Virus record (IMG/VR): IMGVR_UViG_3300046777_001322
Location: 6,005-70,004 of that record
Length of the DNA: 64,000 nucleotides
From: a virus
Strand: one strand, 5' to 3'
In this document: positions 1-7,670 of the stretch, in pieces
Layout of the letters: the number at the start of each line of letters is the position of its first letter
Numbering within the stretch: position 1 is the stretch's first letter
Program-made: the position numbers and the translations under genes
The notes under the pieces: generated by a model
The model's input: only the letters and a program-made list of their open reading frames with translations
What the model was told of the DNA's origin: nothing
Database searches by the model: none

Positions 1-449
1 CAAGCCCAGGATCACAAACTTATACAATTTATCTTACAAATGCATGTGGAGAGTCAACTGGTGTAACTACAAATAATGTTACTACTACACCACCTTTCTT
101 CCCGTTCTTCCCGCCGTTTTTCCCATTCTTCCCATTCTTCCCGTTCTTCCCACCATTCTTCCCGTTCTTCCCATTCTTCCCGTTCTTCCCACCATTCTTC
201 CCGTTCTTCCCATTCTTCCCGTTCTTCCCACCATTCTTCCCGTTCTTCCCGTTCTTCCCATTCTTCCCACCGTTCTTCCCTTACTTCCCATTCTTCCCAT
301 TCTTCCCACCGTTCTTCCCATTCTTCCCGTTCTTCCCATTCTTCCCACCAAGTTTCACACCACCACCAAGTGGCGGAGGCGGAGGATGTAGTTGTGGATA
401 CTGCTGGAGATGTTCAGTATGCTGTCCAGGAAGATCATGCGCTTGTTAA
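1..449 (+). CDS. 5'-truncated gene (frame from nt 3): end of a probable FN3/Ig-like domain, poly(Pro-Phe-Phe) tract, Gly linker and Cys-rich C-terminus; probable virion fibre or decoration protein
   Basis: Hand translation from nt 3: SPGSQTYTIYLTNACGESTGVTTNNVTTT-PPFFPFF-(PPFFPFFPFFPFF)x6 with one F->Y-PPSFTPPPS-GGGGG-CSCGYCWRCSVCCPGRSCAC-TAA (447-449). Variation between repeat copies falls mostly at Pro third positions (cca/ccg/cct). 'YTIYLTNACGES' resembles the last strands of FN3 domains. Confidence 0.85.
   Translation, partial: SPGSQTYTIYLTNACGESTGVTTNNVTTTPPFFPFFPPFFPFFPFFPFFPPFFPFFPFFPFFPPFFPFFPFFPFFPPFFPFFPFFPFFPPFFPYFPFFPFFPPFFPFFPFFPFFPPSFTPPPSGGGGGCSCGYCWRCSVCCPGRSCAC
90..350 (+). 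repeat. Coding tandem repeat: 9-nt unit ccNttcttc within a 39-nt higher-order unit
   Basis: 39-nt units start at 111, 150, 189, 228, 267 and 306, with a partial unit at 90-110. Confidence 0.95.
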
Positions 450-487
450 ATTTAGTGAGGGTATATAACAATATGCCCTCATTAAAT
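450..487 (+). terminator. Long RNA hairpin directly after the PFF gene stop (terminator or mRNA stabiliser)
   Basis: atttagtgagggtatat-aaca-atatgccctcattaaat. Both DNA mismatches are G:U pairs in + strand RNA. There is no U-tract. Confidence 0.6.
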
Positions 488-493
488 AACATA

Positions 494-502
494 TGCTATA
501 AT
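494..502 (+). promoter_or_regulatory. Extended -10 promoter TGCTATAAT
   Basis: TGn-TATAAT upstream of RBS aaggag and ATG 526. Confidence 0.65.
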
Positions 503-525
503 AAAAGTACTAAAGGAGATTATTA

Positions 526-963
526 ATGTACGCAATATTAGTAGAAAACAATGATGCTTATGATGTTATTGGATTATATTCAAGCAATAAGCCAGAGGTA
601 ATGGATAATCTTGATGCAGTATATGCAACTGGAGCAACTATTTCAGCAATGGATGCAAGTGCATATAAGCAAACAGCATTGCATGGAGCAACCTTTAACG
701 GTTCATCATTTTCTGGAGGAACTGCAGGTCCTAACTTAGTAAATGCTACACAGGAGCAATTAGATTCTTTTAATTTGTATGCATTCTTATCTAATAATGT
801 CGTTGTTGCAAGAATGGCAGTGCCATCAGAAGGTCCAAAAGCAGAAATGTTTGCTGCTGCAAATGCTGCAGGTATGATTTTAGCAAAAATTCCAGATAGA
901 CAAACTGTTTATGTCGGACAAACATATAACTGGGATGGAACCTCTTTTAGTACAGTAGCATAA
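526..963 (+). CDS. Hypothetical protein with internal duplication; possible fibre assembly or accessory protein
   Basis: RBS aaggag. Two similar halves (YAILVENN..ATFNGSSFS / YAFLSNN..YNWDGTSFS). Directly follows the fibre-like gene. Confidence 0.6.
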   Translation: MYAILVENNDAYDVIGLYSSNKPEVMDNLDAVYATGATISAMDASAYKQTALHGATFNGSSFSGGTAGPNLVNATQEQLDSFNLYAFLSNNVVVARMAVPSEGPKAEMFAAANAAGMILAKIPDRQTVYVGQTYNWDGTSFSTVA

Positions 964-987
964 CTTTAACTTTGAAAGGTTAATCGT

Positions 988-1710
988 ATGGAAATTTATG
1001 ACGAAAACCAGAATCCCTGGTTTACAAAAGATCGTTCAGAAACTGCATCAAACAGATATCCAACAAAGACTTTGCCAAACGGTATAGTTGTAGAAAATCC
1101 TGGACTTGGGTTAAATGTTTATAGAAATGTTTTTAGTAAAGATGATGCTGATAGATATATAAAAATACTTGAATCAAATTTAGATGGTACAAGAAGATAT
1201 AAGTGGTCAGAAGCACAGGTTACAAACTCTACGACACCAATTAAAAGAGCAAGAGATGCTGTAGACTTTAAATATAAGCAAGAAAACTTAGGTCCTAGAG
1301 ATGAGTTCAATGGAGAACTGATTGACCTACATGAAGAAATTTATCAAAAATTAAAGTTTTGCATAGATGATTATGCACGTTATTGGGGAATTAATGTTAT
1401 TTATTATGAAGCATTTAATTTTGTAAAATACGAAGGAGAAGGTAAACACTTCAACATCCACGCAGACCACGGTCCAGCGTATAATGCAACTGTTTCTGCT
1501 GTTATCTATATTAATGATGACTATGAAGGCGGAGAAATACAATTTCCAAGATTAGACGGCTATACTCTTACACCAAAAGTTGGAGATATTGCTGTGTTCC
1601 CATCTAACTACATTTATGAGCATGCATCTCTTCCAATGAAGAGCGGTACAAAATATTGTGTCGTAGTCATGACTGATATTAATGAGTTAGGCCACCAGCA
1701 TGGCCGATGA
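988..1710 (+). CDS. Fe(II)/2-oxoglutarate dioxygenase, prolyl-4-hydroxylase-like (no. 1)
   Basis: HAD, YINDDYEGGE, distal H in HASLPMKSGTKY. Confidence 0.9.
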   Translation: MEIYDENQNPWFTKDRSETASNRYPTKTLPNGIVVENPGLGLNVYRNVFSKDDADRYIKILESNLDGTRRYKWSEAQVTNSTTPIKRARDAVDFKYKQENLGPRDEFNGELIDLHEEIYQKLKFCIDDYARYWGINVIYYEAFNFVKYEGEGKHFNIHADHGPAYNATVSAVIYINDDYEGGEIQFPRLDGYTLTPKVGDIAVFPSNYIYEHASLPMKSGTKYCVVVMTDINELGHQHGR

Positions 1711-2479
1711 ATATCAAAAAGTATCTTTTAAAACATATCGTCCCTGGTTAACAAAAGAAAGTAAGTCTGCTCCAACTCCTACACAAAAAGAAATACCTCA
1801 ATGGTATAAAGATGCTGATAGGTTTGCTAAAAATCCAATAACTGGAGAATATTACAAGGCTCCAAAAGAGGTTTGTCCATTTCCAAAATCTGGAACTACA
1901 GACGACTATGGAATGATACCTACATGGAAGGCTTGTCCAGCAATCATGGATGCCTTCATTACTGGCTATGTATTTAGAACTCCAACTGATATTACATTTA
2001 CTAAAAATAGCAAAGGTTCTTTAGACTTTAAAATAGAAAATCAAATGTATAGAGATTTTTGTACATCTAGGCCACCAATGTCACAATTTGAGCATCCGCA
2101 AGGATACTATAAAGATCATTTTGCTTGGATGCCAGATTGGGGTATGAAATTACCAGAAGGCTATAGCGCATTATTTATGACTCCAATGAATAGATTTGAT
2201 CTACCATTTATGAATACTACTGGTGTGGTAGATTCAGATAAGGTTGAGTTATTGGGTAGTTTTCCATTCTTTATTGTAGAAGGTTGGGAAGGAACTATTC
2301 CAGCAGGAACCCCATACCTACAGATACTTCCATTTAAAAGAGAAAACTGGGAGCATGAACTTGACATTTTAGATTCATCAACAGTGTATGCTAAAATAGT
2401 AGATAACGCAAACATTTATCGTCAGCCAGATGGCGGGGTATACAAAGATAAAGTTTGGACAAGAAGAGAGTACAGATAA
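1700..2479 (+). CDS. Conserved phage protein, DUF6065-like (dUTPase-like beta fold suspected)
   Basis: KACPAIMDAFITGY, W..KLPEGYSALF..P.NRFDLPF, GTPYLQILPFKRE motifs. Similar to 3174..3881. Confidence 0.55.
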   Translation: MADEYQKVSFKTYRPWLTKESKSAPTPTQKEIPQWYKDADRFAKNPITGEYYKAPKEVCPFPKSGTTDDYGMIPTWKACPAIMDAFITGYVFRTPTDITFTKNSKGSLDFKIENQMYRDFCTSRPPMSQFEHPQGYYKDHFAWMPDWGMKLPEGYSALFMTPMNRFDLPFMNTTGVVDSDKVELLGSFPFFIVEGWEGTIPAGTPYLQILPFKRENWEHELDILDSSTVYAKIVDNANIYRQPDGGVYKDKVWTRREYR

Positions 2480-2490
2480 AAGGAGATATC

Positions 2491-3174
2491 ATGTCAACCT
2501 GGACAGAAAAAGAATCATTAGGGTTTGGAATTACCTGCTATAGAGGTGTTATTAAACCAGAACTCAATATTATAGAAAGATTGGAAGGTCTTTTAGGTTC
2601 TCCAGCACCATGGGGAGAGTTATCTCCAGAAGGTAAGCCTTATCATTGGCTACCAGCATATGTAGGATATCAACAGTTAATGCCAGACTATCGTGACTGC
2701 TATGACTTCAAGTTTAAAAAGACAGATATTGAAAACGATAAAAGCGAAGACTCTCTTTTGCTTCAAAAAATTTGGCAAGACGTTTATGACGTACAGGCTC
2801 CAGCAGTAGATGATTACCGTAGAGATTATAACATTATGCCGTTAAAATATTGGGAAGCATTTAACTTTATCAAGTATGGACCAGGACAACACTTTAAAGA
2901 ACACCATGATCATGGGTTCTCTTATAATTGCACCGTTTCTTTAGTTGCATATATTAATGACGACTACGACGGTGGAGAGTTATATTTTAGATTGCAAAAC
3001 CTAAACATAAAGCCAAAGGCTGGAGATCTATATGTTTTCCCATCAAACTTTATGTATCCACATCAAGCAATGCCAGTACATTCTGGAACTAAGTACTCAA
3101 TTGTAACAATGTTAGATTATAGTAAAAAGTATCATACACCAGATATGTATGATCCAAAGTGGGCAAATGAATAA
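2491..3174 (+). CDS. Fe(II)/2OG dioxygenase, P4H-like (no. 2), close paralog of no. 1
   Basis: RBS aggaga at 2481 supports ATG 2491. EAFNFIKY..HHDHG..YINDDYDGGE..HQAMPVHSGTKY. Confidence 0.9.
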   Translation: MSTWTEKESLGFGITCYRGVIKPELNIIERLEGLLGSPAPWGELSPEGKPYHWLPAYVGYQQLMPDYRDCYDFKFKKTDIENDKSEDSLLLQKIWQDVYDVQAPAVDDYRRDYNIMPLKYWEAFNFIKYGPGQHFKEHHDHGFSYNCTVSLVAYINDDYDGGELYFRLQNLNIKPKAGDLYVFPSNFMYPHQAMPVHSGTKYSIVTMLDYSKKYHTPDMYDPKWANE

Positions 3175-3881
3175 TGTTTAACATTACTGTTGAAAAAATG
3201 CAGGGATGTATTTTTAACATTGAGCCAATGTCAATTAAAAGAGATTGGATGGACTTAACATCTGAAAATCACGCATATAGATGTTTTCCAGTAACTCAAT
3301 CAAACGTTATAGGATGGTATCTTTCATGCTCAGAGGATATAGTTTTTATATGGGACGGAATAAATGACCAGACCGATCAACATGTAAAAATTGTAAGCCC
3401 GCTAGGCTCATACTCTGGAAGAGGTCAATCCTCAATAAGTTTAAATACTTCTTTGGTTTTTAGAACAGATCCAGATGTTAGTATTTGGACAATACATCCA
3501 GTTAATTATTTTAATGATGACTTTGAAACTATGTCCAGCGTAATAAGTACTTCGTTTTATGACAACCCATTGCCTCTTGCCCTTAAAGCAAAAAAGGCTA
3601 ATGTAGAAACCATCATAAAAGCAGGAACTCCTATTGCAACAATTATTCCAATATCTTTAACAAACTTAAACAATACAACAATTGAAATTGTAGAATATAA
3701 AGATGAGGATCGATCTAGAACAAATGCAAACATTGCTTATGGAGAGGCAGCACAGGTACTAAATTCATCTGGCAACTGGACTGATTGGTATAGAAATGCT
3801 GTAAATGAAAAGAATGAGTCTGTAGGGTCTCATGAAGTAAAGACATTAAAATTACATGTAAAAGATAATACTATAGGATGA
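3174..3881 (+). CDS. DUF6065-like protein
   Basis: RDWMD..HAYRCFPVTQSNVIGW motif and KAGTPIATIIP. Confidence 0.6.
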   Translation: MFNITVEKMQGCIFNIEPMSIKRDWMDLTSENHAYRCFPVTQSNVIGWYLSCSEDIVFIWDGINDQTDQHVKIVSPLGSYSGRGQSSISLNTSLVFRTDPDVSIWTIHPVNYFNDDFETMSSVISTSFYDNPLPLALKAKKANVETIIKAGTPIATIIPISLTNLNNTTIEIVEYKDEDRSRTNANIAYGEAAQVLNSSGNWTDWYRNAVNEKNESVGSHEVKTLKLHVKDNTIG

Positions 3882-3887
3882 TATAAT
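3879..3887 (+). promoter_or_regulatory. Extended -10 promoter TGATATAAT with probable leaderless start at 3894
   Basis: 6 nt between TATAAT and ATG, and no SD in between. Confidence 0.6.
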
Positions 3888-3893
3888 AATAAT

Positions 3894-4655
3894 ATGATAC
3901 CAGAAGATGCAGTAAAAGTAATAAGACATCCATCAATTACCCCATCTGGGTTTTTTGGCTATGGTCCTGAAAATATAGTTGAGTTAGAAAATTTCATGAC
4001 TCAAGAAGAAGTTGACTTTTTAGAAAAAGCAGCACGAAATATAAGTATTTGGGATGTTACTCAAAGCCATATAAATGAAAATGGAACAGTTATTTATGAT
4101 TCTGAATTTTGGAAAGACAGAGTTGCAACAGCGCCATCTTTAGATGCAAACGATCCAAAAATTCTTCCAGTCCTGATAGGATTATTTAATAGACTTCAAC
4201 CAATCATTGAAGATTTCTTTAAGGTAAAAGTACAGCCTACAGGACAAACAATTGTTAAATGGAATCCAGGACAGTTTCAGATGCCTCACGCAGACAAAGA
4301 GTTGCATTTCGGATCAGATGCTGGATTACCGAATGATTTTCCATATTATGATATTTCAAGTTTATTTTATATTAATGATGATTATGAGGGTGGAGAATTA
4401 TACTTTCCATATCAAAAGGTTCAATTTAAACCAAAGCGTGGCTCAGCATATTTTTTCCCAGGAGATATGAATTATGTCCATGGAGTAACAGAAGTTACAA
4501 AATCTTTAAGATATACATGTCCATTTTTCTGGGAAATTTTAGAGCATACTGGAGATGTAAAGCCAGACCCAAATGTAAAGTATCATAGAATTTTCCCTAC
4601 AGAAGAAGAAGTAAAATCTTGGGATCCAAAAAAGGGTATAAGGAGAGATTCATGA
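3894..4655 (+). CDS. Fe(II)/2OG dioxygenase, P4H-like (no. 3)
   Basis: HAD, YINDDYEGGELYF, HGVTEVTKSLRY. Confidence 0.9.
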   Translation: MIPEDAVKVIRHPSITPSGFFGYGPENIVELENFMTQEEVDFLEKAARNISIWDVTQSHINENGTVIYDSEFWKDRVATAPSLDANDPKILPVLIGLFNRLQPIIEDFFKVKVQPTGQTIVKWNPGQFQMPHADKELHFGSDAGLPNDFPYYDISSLFYINDDYEGGELYFPYQKVQFKPKRGSAYFFPGDMNYVHGVTEVTKSLRYTCPFFWEILEHTGDVKPDPNVKYHRIFPTEEEVKSWDPKKGIRRDS

Positions 4656-5527
4656 AAGAGATAGAACTATATGAGAATATAATTGTATATCAAGATATTC
4701 ATGATCAACCACAAAGGTTATACGAAATAGTTAAAGAGTCTGCAGAAAATAATTCAGATAGAATTTTAGGAGAATGGTCTGCGTGGCAAGGGTTTGGTAA
4801 TTATATACAAGGTGCTTTCCCAGAACTTACAAAGTTAAATCCAAAAACAAATAAACCTGCTGAGTTTGATTTTGAAACTATAAATGATTTAAAAACCAAC
4901 AGTAAAATACAAGAAGACCAGAAATACCTTTTACTTGAGATACTTAATGGGTTTAATAAGGTTATGGAAGCATATATTTCTAAATACAAAGATATGTTTG
5001 ATTATAATAAGGATGAACTTATTGAGACACATGACGGTAATTATTTGCCTTTGTGGAAAATGGAAGGTCCGTCAATATGTGAATATAGAAAAAATGTAGA
5101 TACTGTTATGGCTATGCGATATCATTCTGATTATATTAGAGAGCCAATAAAAAGTCCAGGATATAAATTTGCAATAACAGCAAACTATTACTTTAATGAT
5201 GATTATGAAGGTGGAGAACTTGATTTTTATATAGATGGCAATCTAATAAAATATAAGCCAGTTGCAGGTGATTGGGTAGTTTTCCCTAGCGGACATCCAG
5301 ATGTGTTAAGTAAAAATGGTGAGCCTTATCTTCATGGAGTTCTTCCATCTAAAAAAACAGAGAAATACTTAATAAGAAATTTTTTGAAAAAATATGATGT
5401 TGGAGATGAAGAGTGGTTTGATAAAGAGAAAGAATATGGTACTGAAAACTGGTCTAAACTTCATAAAGAAATGACAGGCAAGAATGCACCACAAAGAGAT
5501 TCAATTGAAGGAGTGAGAATTAGATGA
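4652..5527 (+). CDS. Fe(II)/2OG dioxygenase, P4H-like (no. 4)
   Basis: RBS aggag at 4641 and ATGA overlap at 4652. HSD, YFNDDYEGGE, HGVLPSKKTEKY. Confidence 0.88.
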   Translation: MKEIELYENIIVYQDIHDQPQRLYEIVKESAENNSDRILGEWSAWQGFGNYIQGAFPELTKLNPKTNKPAEFDFETINDLKTNSKIQEDQKYLLLEILNGFNKVMEAYISKYKDMFDYNKDELIETHDGNYLPLWKMEGPSICEYRKNVDTVMAMRYHSDYIREPIKSPGYKFAITANYYFNDDYEGGELDFYIDGNLIKYKPVAGDWVVFPSGHPDVLSKNGEPYLHGVLPSKKTEKYLIRNFLKKYDVGDEEWFDKEKEYGTENWSKLHKEMTGKNAPQRDSIEGVRIR

Positions 5528-6276
5528 ATTTAGAGAATAAAAATAGACTAACAAAAGATATAGTAGTTTATGAAAACTTTATCGATTCTGAAACTGCTAA
5601 CAAACTTGTAAAAGTTTTAGATAAGCATGCAGAACTAGGAACCATTAGTTGGATGCCTATATCTTTTTATGAATCTTACTCTTCTGTTTTGCCACAAGAT
5701 AACGATGAACATGTAATTGCCGAAGGTTTGCCTTCTGATATTTTTACACAAATTAAAAAGGGTATTATAGATGCTGTTGCCAGTGTTCATGACTTAGACC
5801 CAAAAATAATTTCTCAAATTGGATATCATACTCAGAAGTGGGAACCAGGGGCTTATGCTAGAAAGCATTCTGATAATACAGACGAACACGGAAATTCTGG
5901 AGCGTTTACTAGAAGTAGATACGCTGCATTTTTATATTTGAATGATACCTTTGAAGGCGGACTTTTGCATTTTCCAGATCAACAAATAAGTATAAAACCT
6001 AAAGTTGGAATGCTTGCTGCTTTTGACGGGGGCTTTAACAACATGCATGAAGTAACTCTTATAACTAGTGGAGTTAGATACACAATAGGTTCATTCTGGG
6101 ATGATCGTGAAGAAGATGCATATCCACAGGAACTAAGAGACGCTTGGGCAGAAGAGATGAGAGAGACTAGAGCCAAGCAGGAAATTGAAAGAGCCGAATG
6201 GCAAAGTCTTCTTAAGGATGGATATAAGATAGATGAAGATGGAAATAAATATCTATTTAAAGGAGATGCTATTTAA
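5524..6276 (+). CDS. Fe(II)/2OG dioxygenase, P4H-like (no. 5)
   Basis: HSD, YLNDTFEGG, HEVTLITSGVRY. Confidence 0.9.
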   Translation: MNLENKNRLTKDIVVYENFIDSETANKLVKVLDKHAELGTISWMPISFYESYSSVLPQDNDEHVIAEGLPSDIFTQIKKGIIDAVASVHDLDPKIISQIGYHTQKWEPGAYARKHSDNTDEHGNSGAFTRSRYAAFLYLNDTFEGGLLHFPDQQISIKPKVGMLAAFDGGFNNMHEVTLITSGVRYTIGSFWDDREEDAYPQELRDAWAEEMRETRAKQEIERAEWQSLLKDGYKIDEDGNKYLFKGDAI

Positions 6277-6277
6277 T

Positions 6278-6937
6278 ATGATGGATTCATTAAAAGAAAA
6301 TTTAAGAAATAATAACTTAGAGTTTGAAGAGGTGACTCCAGAATTACTTTGGATTAAAGACTTTTTGACAAAAGAAGAGTTAGATTTTATTTGGAATGTT
6401 ATCAATGCTGCATCTCAAGAAGATTGGGAAGTAGAGTATATGGGAAATCTAAAAAGATTTTGTTTGGAAAAGTTTGGTAGAGAAGATGTCGATAACCTTG
6501 TTGCTGAAGGAAAATTTGAGATTACTCAAAACTGGGTAGATAAAAATTTAAACATTAAGCACCATCCAGAACAAAATGTTTTTTATGGAAGACTTGCAAA
6601 TATAATTCATCCTTCTTTTCCAGGACTTGAACTTAGTGGACTTGCTACTATTCAAAGAATGCAAAAAGGCGTAGAACTAAAATCACATACTGATCAGCAC
6701 ACAGATCCATCGATACACTATGCAACAATAATATACATCAATGATGATTACATGGACGGAGAGTTATTCTTTCCAAACAAAGATATAACATTGAGACCAA
6801 AGCCAGGAGACCTATTGTTTTTCCCAGGGAATGAAGAATATGAGCATGGCGTAAAGCATGTAGGTGACGGGCCAATAAGATATGTCATAGTTGGTTTTAT
6901 AAAAGAAATAGGTCATTACGAAAGAAATAGGTATTAA
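6278..6937 (+). CDS. Fe(II)/2OG dioxygenase, P4H-like (no. 6)
   Basis: HTD, YINDDYMDGELFF, HGVKHVGDGPIRY. Start placed after RBS aaggag (6260-6265); exact start uncertain. Confidence 0.88.
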   Translation: MMDSLKENLRNNNLEFEEVTPELLWIKDFLTKEELDFIWNVINAASQEDWEVEYMGNLKRFCLEKFGREDVDNLVAEGKFEITQNWVDKNLNIKHHPEQNVFYGRLANIIHPSFPGLELSGLATIQRMQKGVELKSHTDQHTDPSIHYATIIYINDDYMDGELFFPNKDITLRPKPGDLLFFPGNEEYEHGVKHVGDGPIRYVIVGFIKEIGHYERNRY

Positions 6938-6938
6938 T

Positions 6939-7670
6939 ATGAATAGAGAAATACTAGATCCAAAAGTATATTATTATACAGACGCAATAGATAACTTTGA
7001 CGTATTTTTAAAAACTTTAAGCGAACTAGAAACTATGGAGTTTTACGAGGATACCAAGGTTAATCTTTGGCAAAAATGGACATCTTCTAATGACAAAGAT
7101 TTTATTTATGGAGAAACAAAAACTTTTGATATGGATGCCATCTCAAGGTCTGGCGGTATAGTTGGAGAAAAAAGCAAGTATATTTATGATGCAGTCATGA
7201 CAACTCTATATAATGTATGCAAAGATTATGCAGAGTCCCTGGGTGATTTTGACGAGCCAAGATTATTCCCAACTTTTAATATTAAAAAATACTATACTGG
7301 AATGGCAATGGGTGCACACTTCGATCAGTTGGATGGGGATAAGACTTTGAGATACTCTCTAGTCATGTACCTAAATGATGATTGCGAAGGTGGAGAAATA
7401 TCATTTCAACTAAAAAATTATGATGGTGGATGGAACAGCAAAGACGGATGGGTTCATGGTGCCCCACCAGTTAATTTAGATTATGATGATGCTGTTGCAA
7501 ACAATGCAATAGATTTTGGAATAAAGCCAAAAGCAAATAGCGTTATTATTTTTCCAGCAGAAGCACCATATTTTCATACAGCACATACAGTAAAGTCTGG
7601 TGTTAAGTATATGGTTCCAGGTCACTGGATTCACAACAATATGCAACTTAACCAACAGCAAGGAATGTAG
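6939..7670 (+). CDS. Fe(II)/2OG dioxygenase, P4H-like (no. 7)
   Basis: HFD, YLNDDCEGGE, HTAHTVKSGVKY. Confidence 0.9.
   Translation: MNREILDPKVYYYTDAIDNFDVFLKTLSELETMEFYEDTKVNLWQKWTSSNDKDFIYGETKTFDMDAISRSGGIVGEKSKYIYDAVMTTLYNVCKDYAESLGDFDEPRLFPTFNIKKYYTGMAMGAHFDQLDGDKTLRYSLVMYLNDDCEGGEISFQLKNYDGGWNSKDGWVHGAPPVNLDYDDAVANNAIDFGIKPKANSVIIFPAEAPYFHTAHTVKSGVKYMVPGHWIHNNMQLNQQQGM

Noticed and set aside
90-350. Possible CRISPR array, origin iterons or non-coding microsatellite
   Set aside because: No unique spacers, unit lengths are multiples of 3, and the tract lies in an open frame.
76-468. ORF-track Ser/His/Arg-rich protein (+) and Gly/Arg/Met/Thr-rich protein (85..351, -)
   Set aside because: Shadow frames of the PFF repeat. 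Repeat variation is mostly synonymous only in the frame from nt 3, which is open from the window edge and stops just before the hairpin.
988-7670. TET/JBP- or AlkB-type DNA-modifying oxygenases
   Set aside because: Motifs fit the P4H-like subfamily, and no methyltransferase or glycosyltransferase is adjacent. Not formally excluded.
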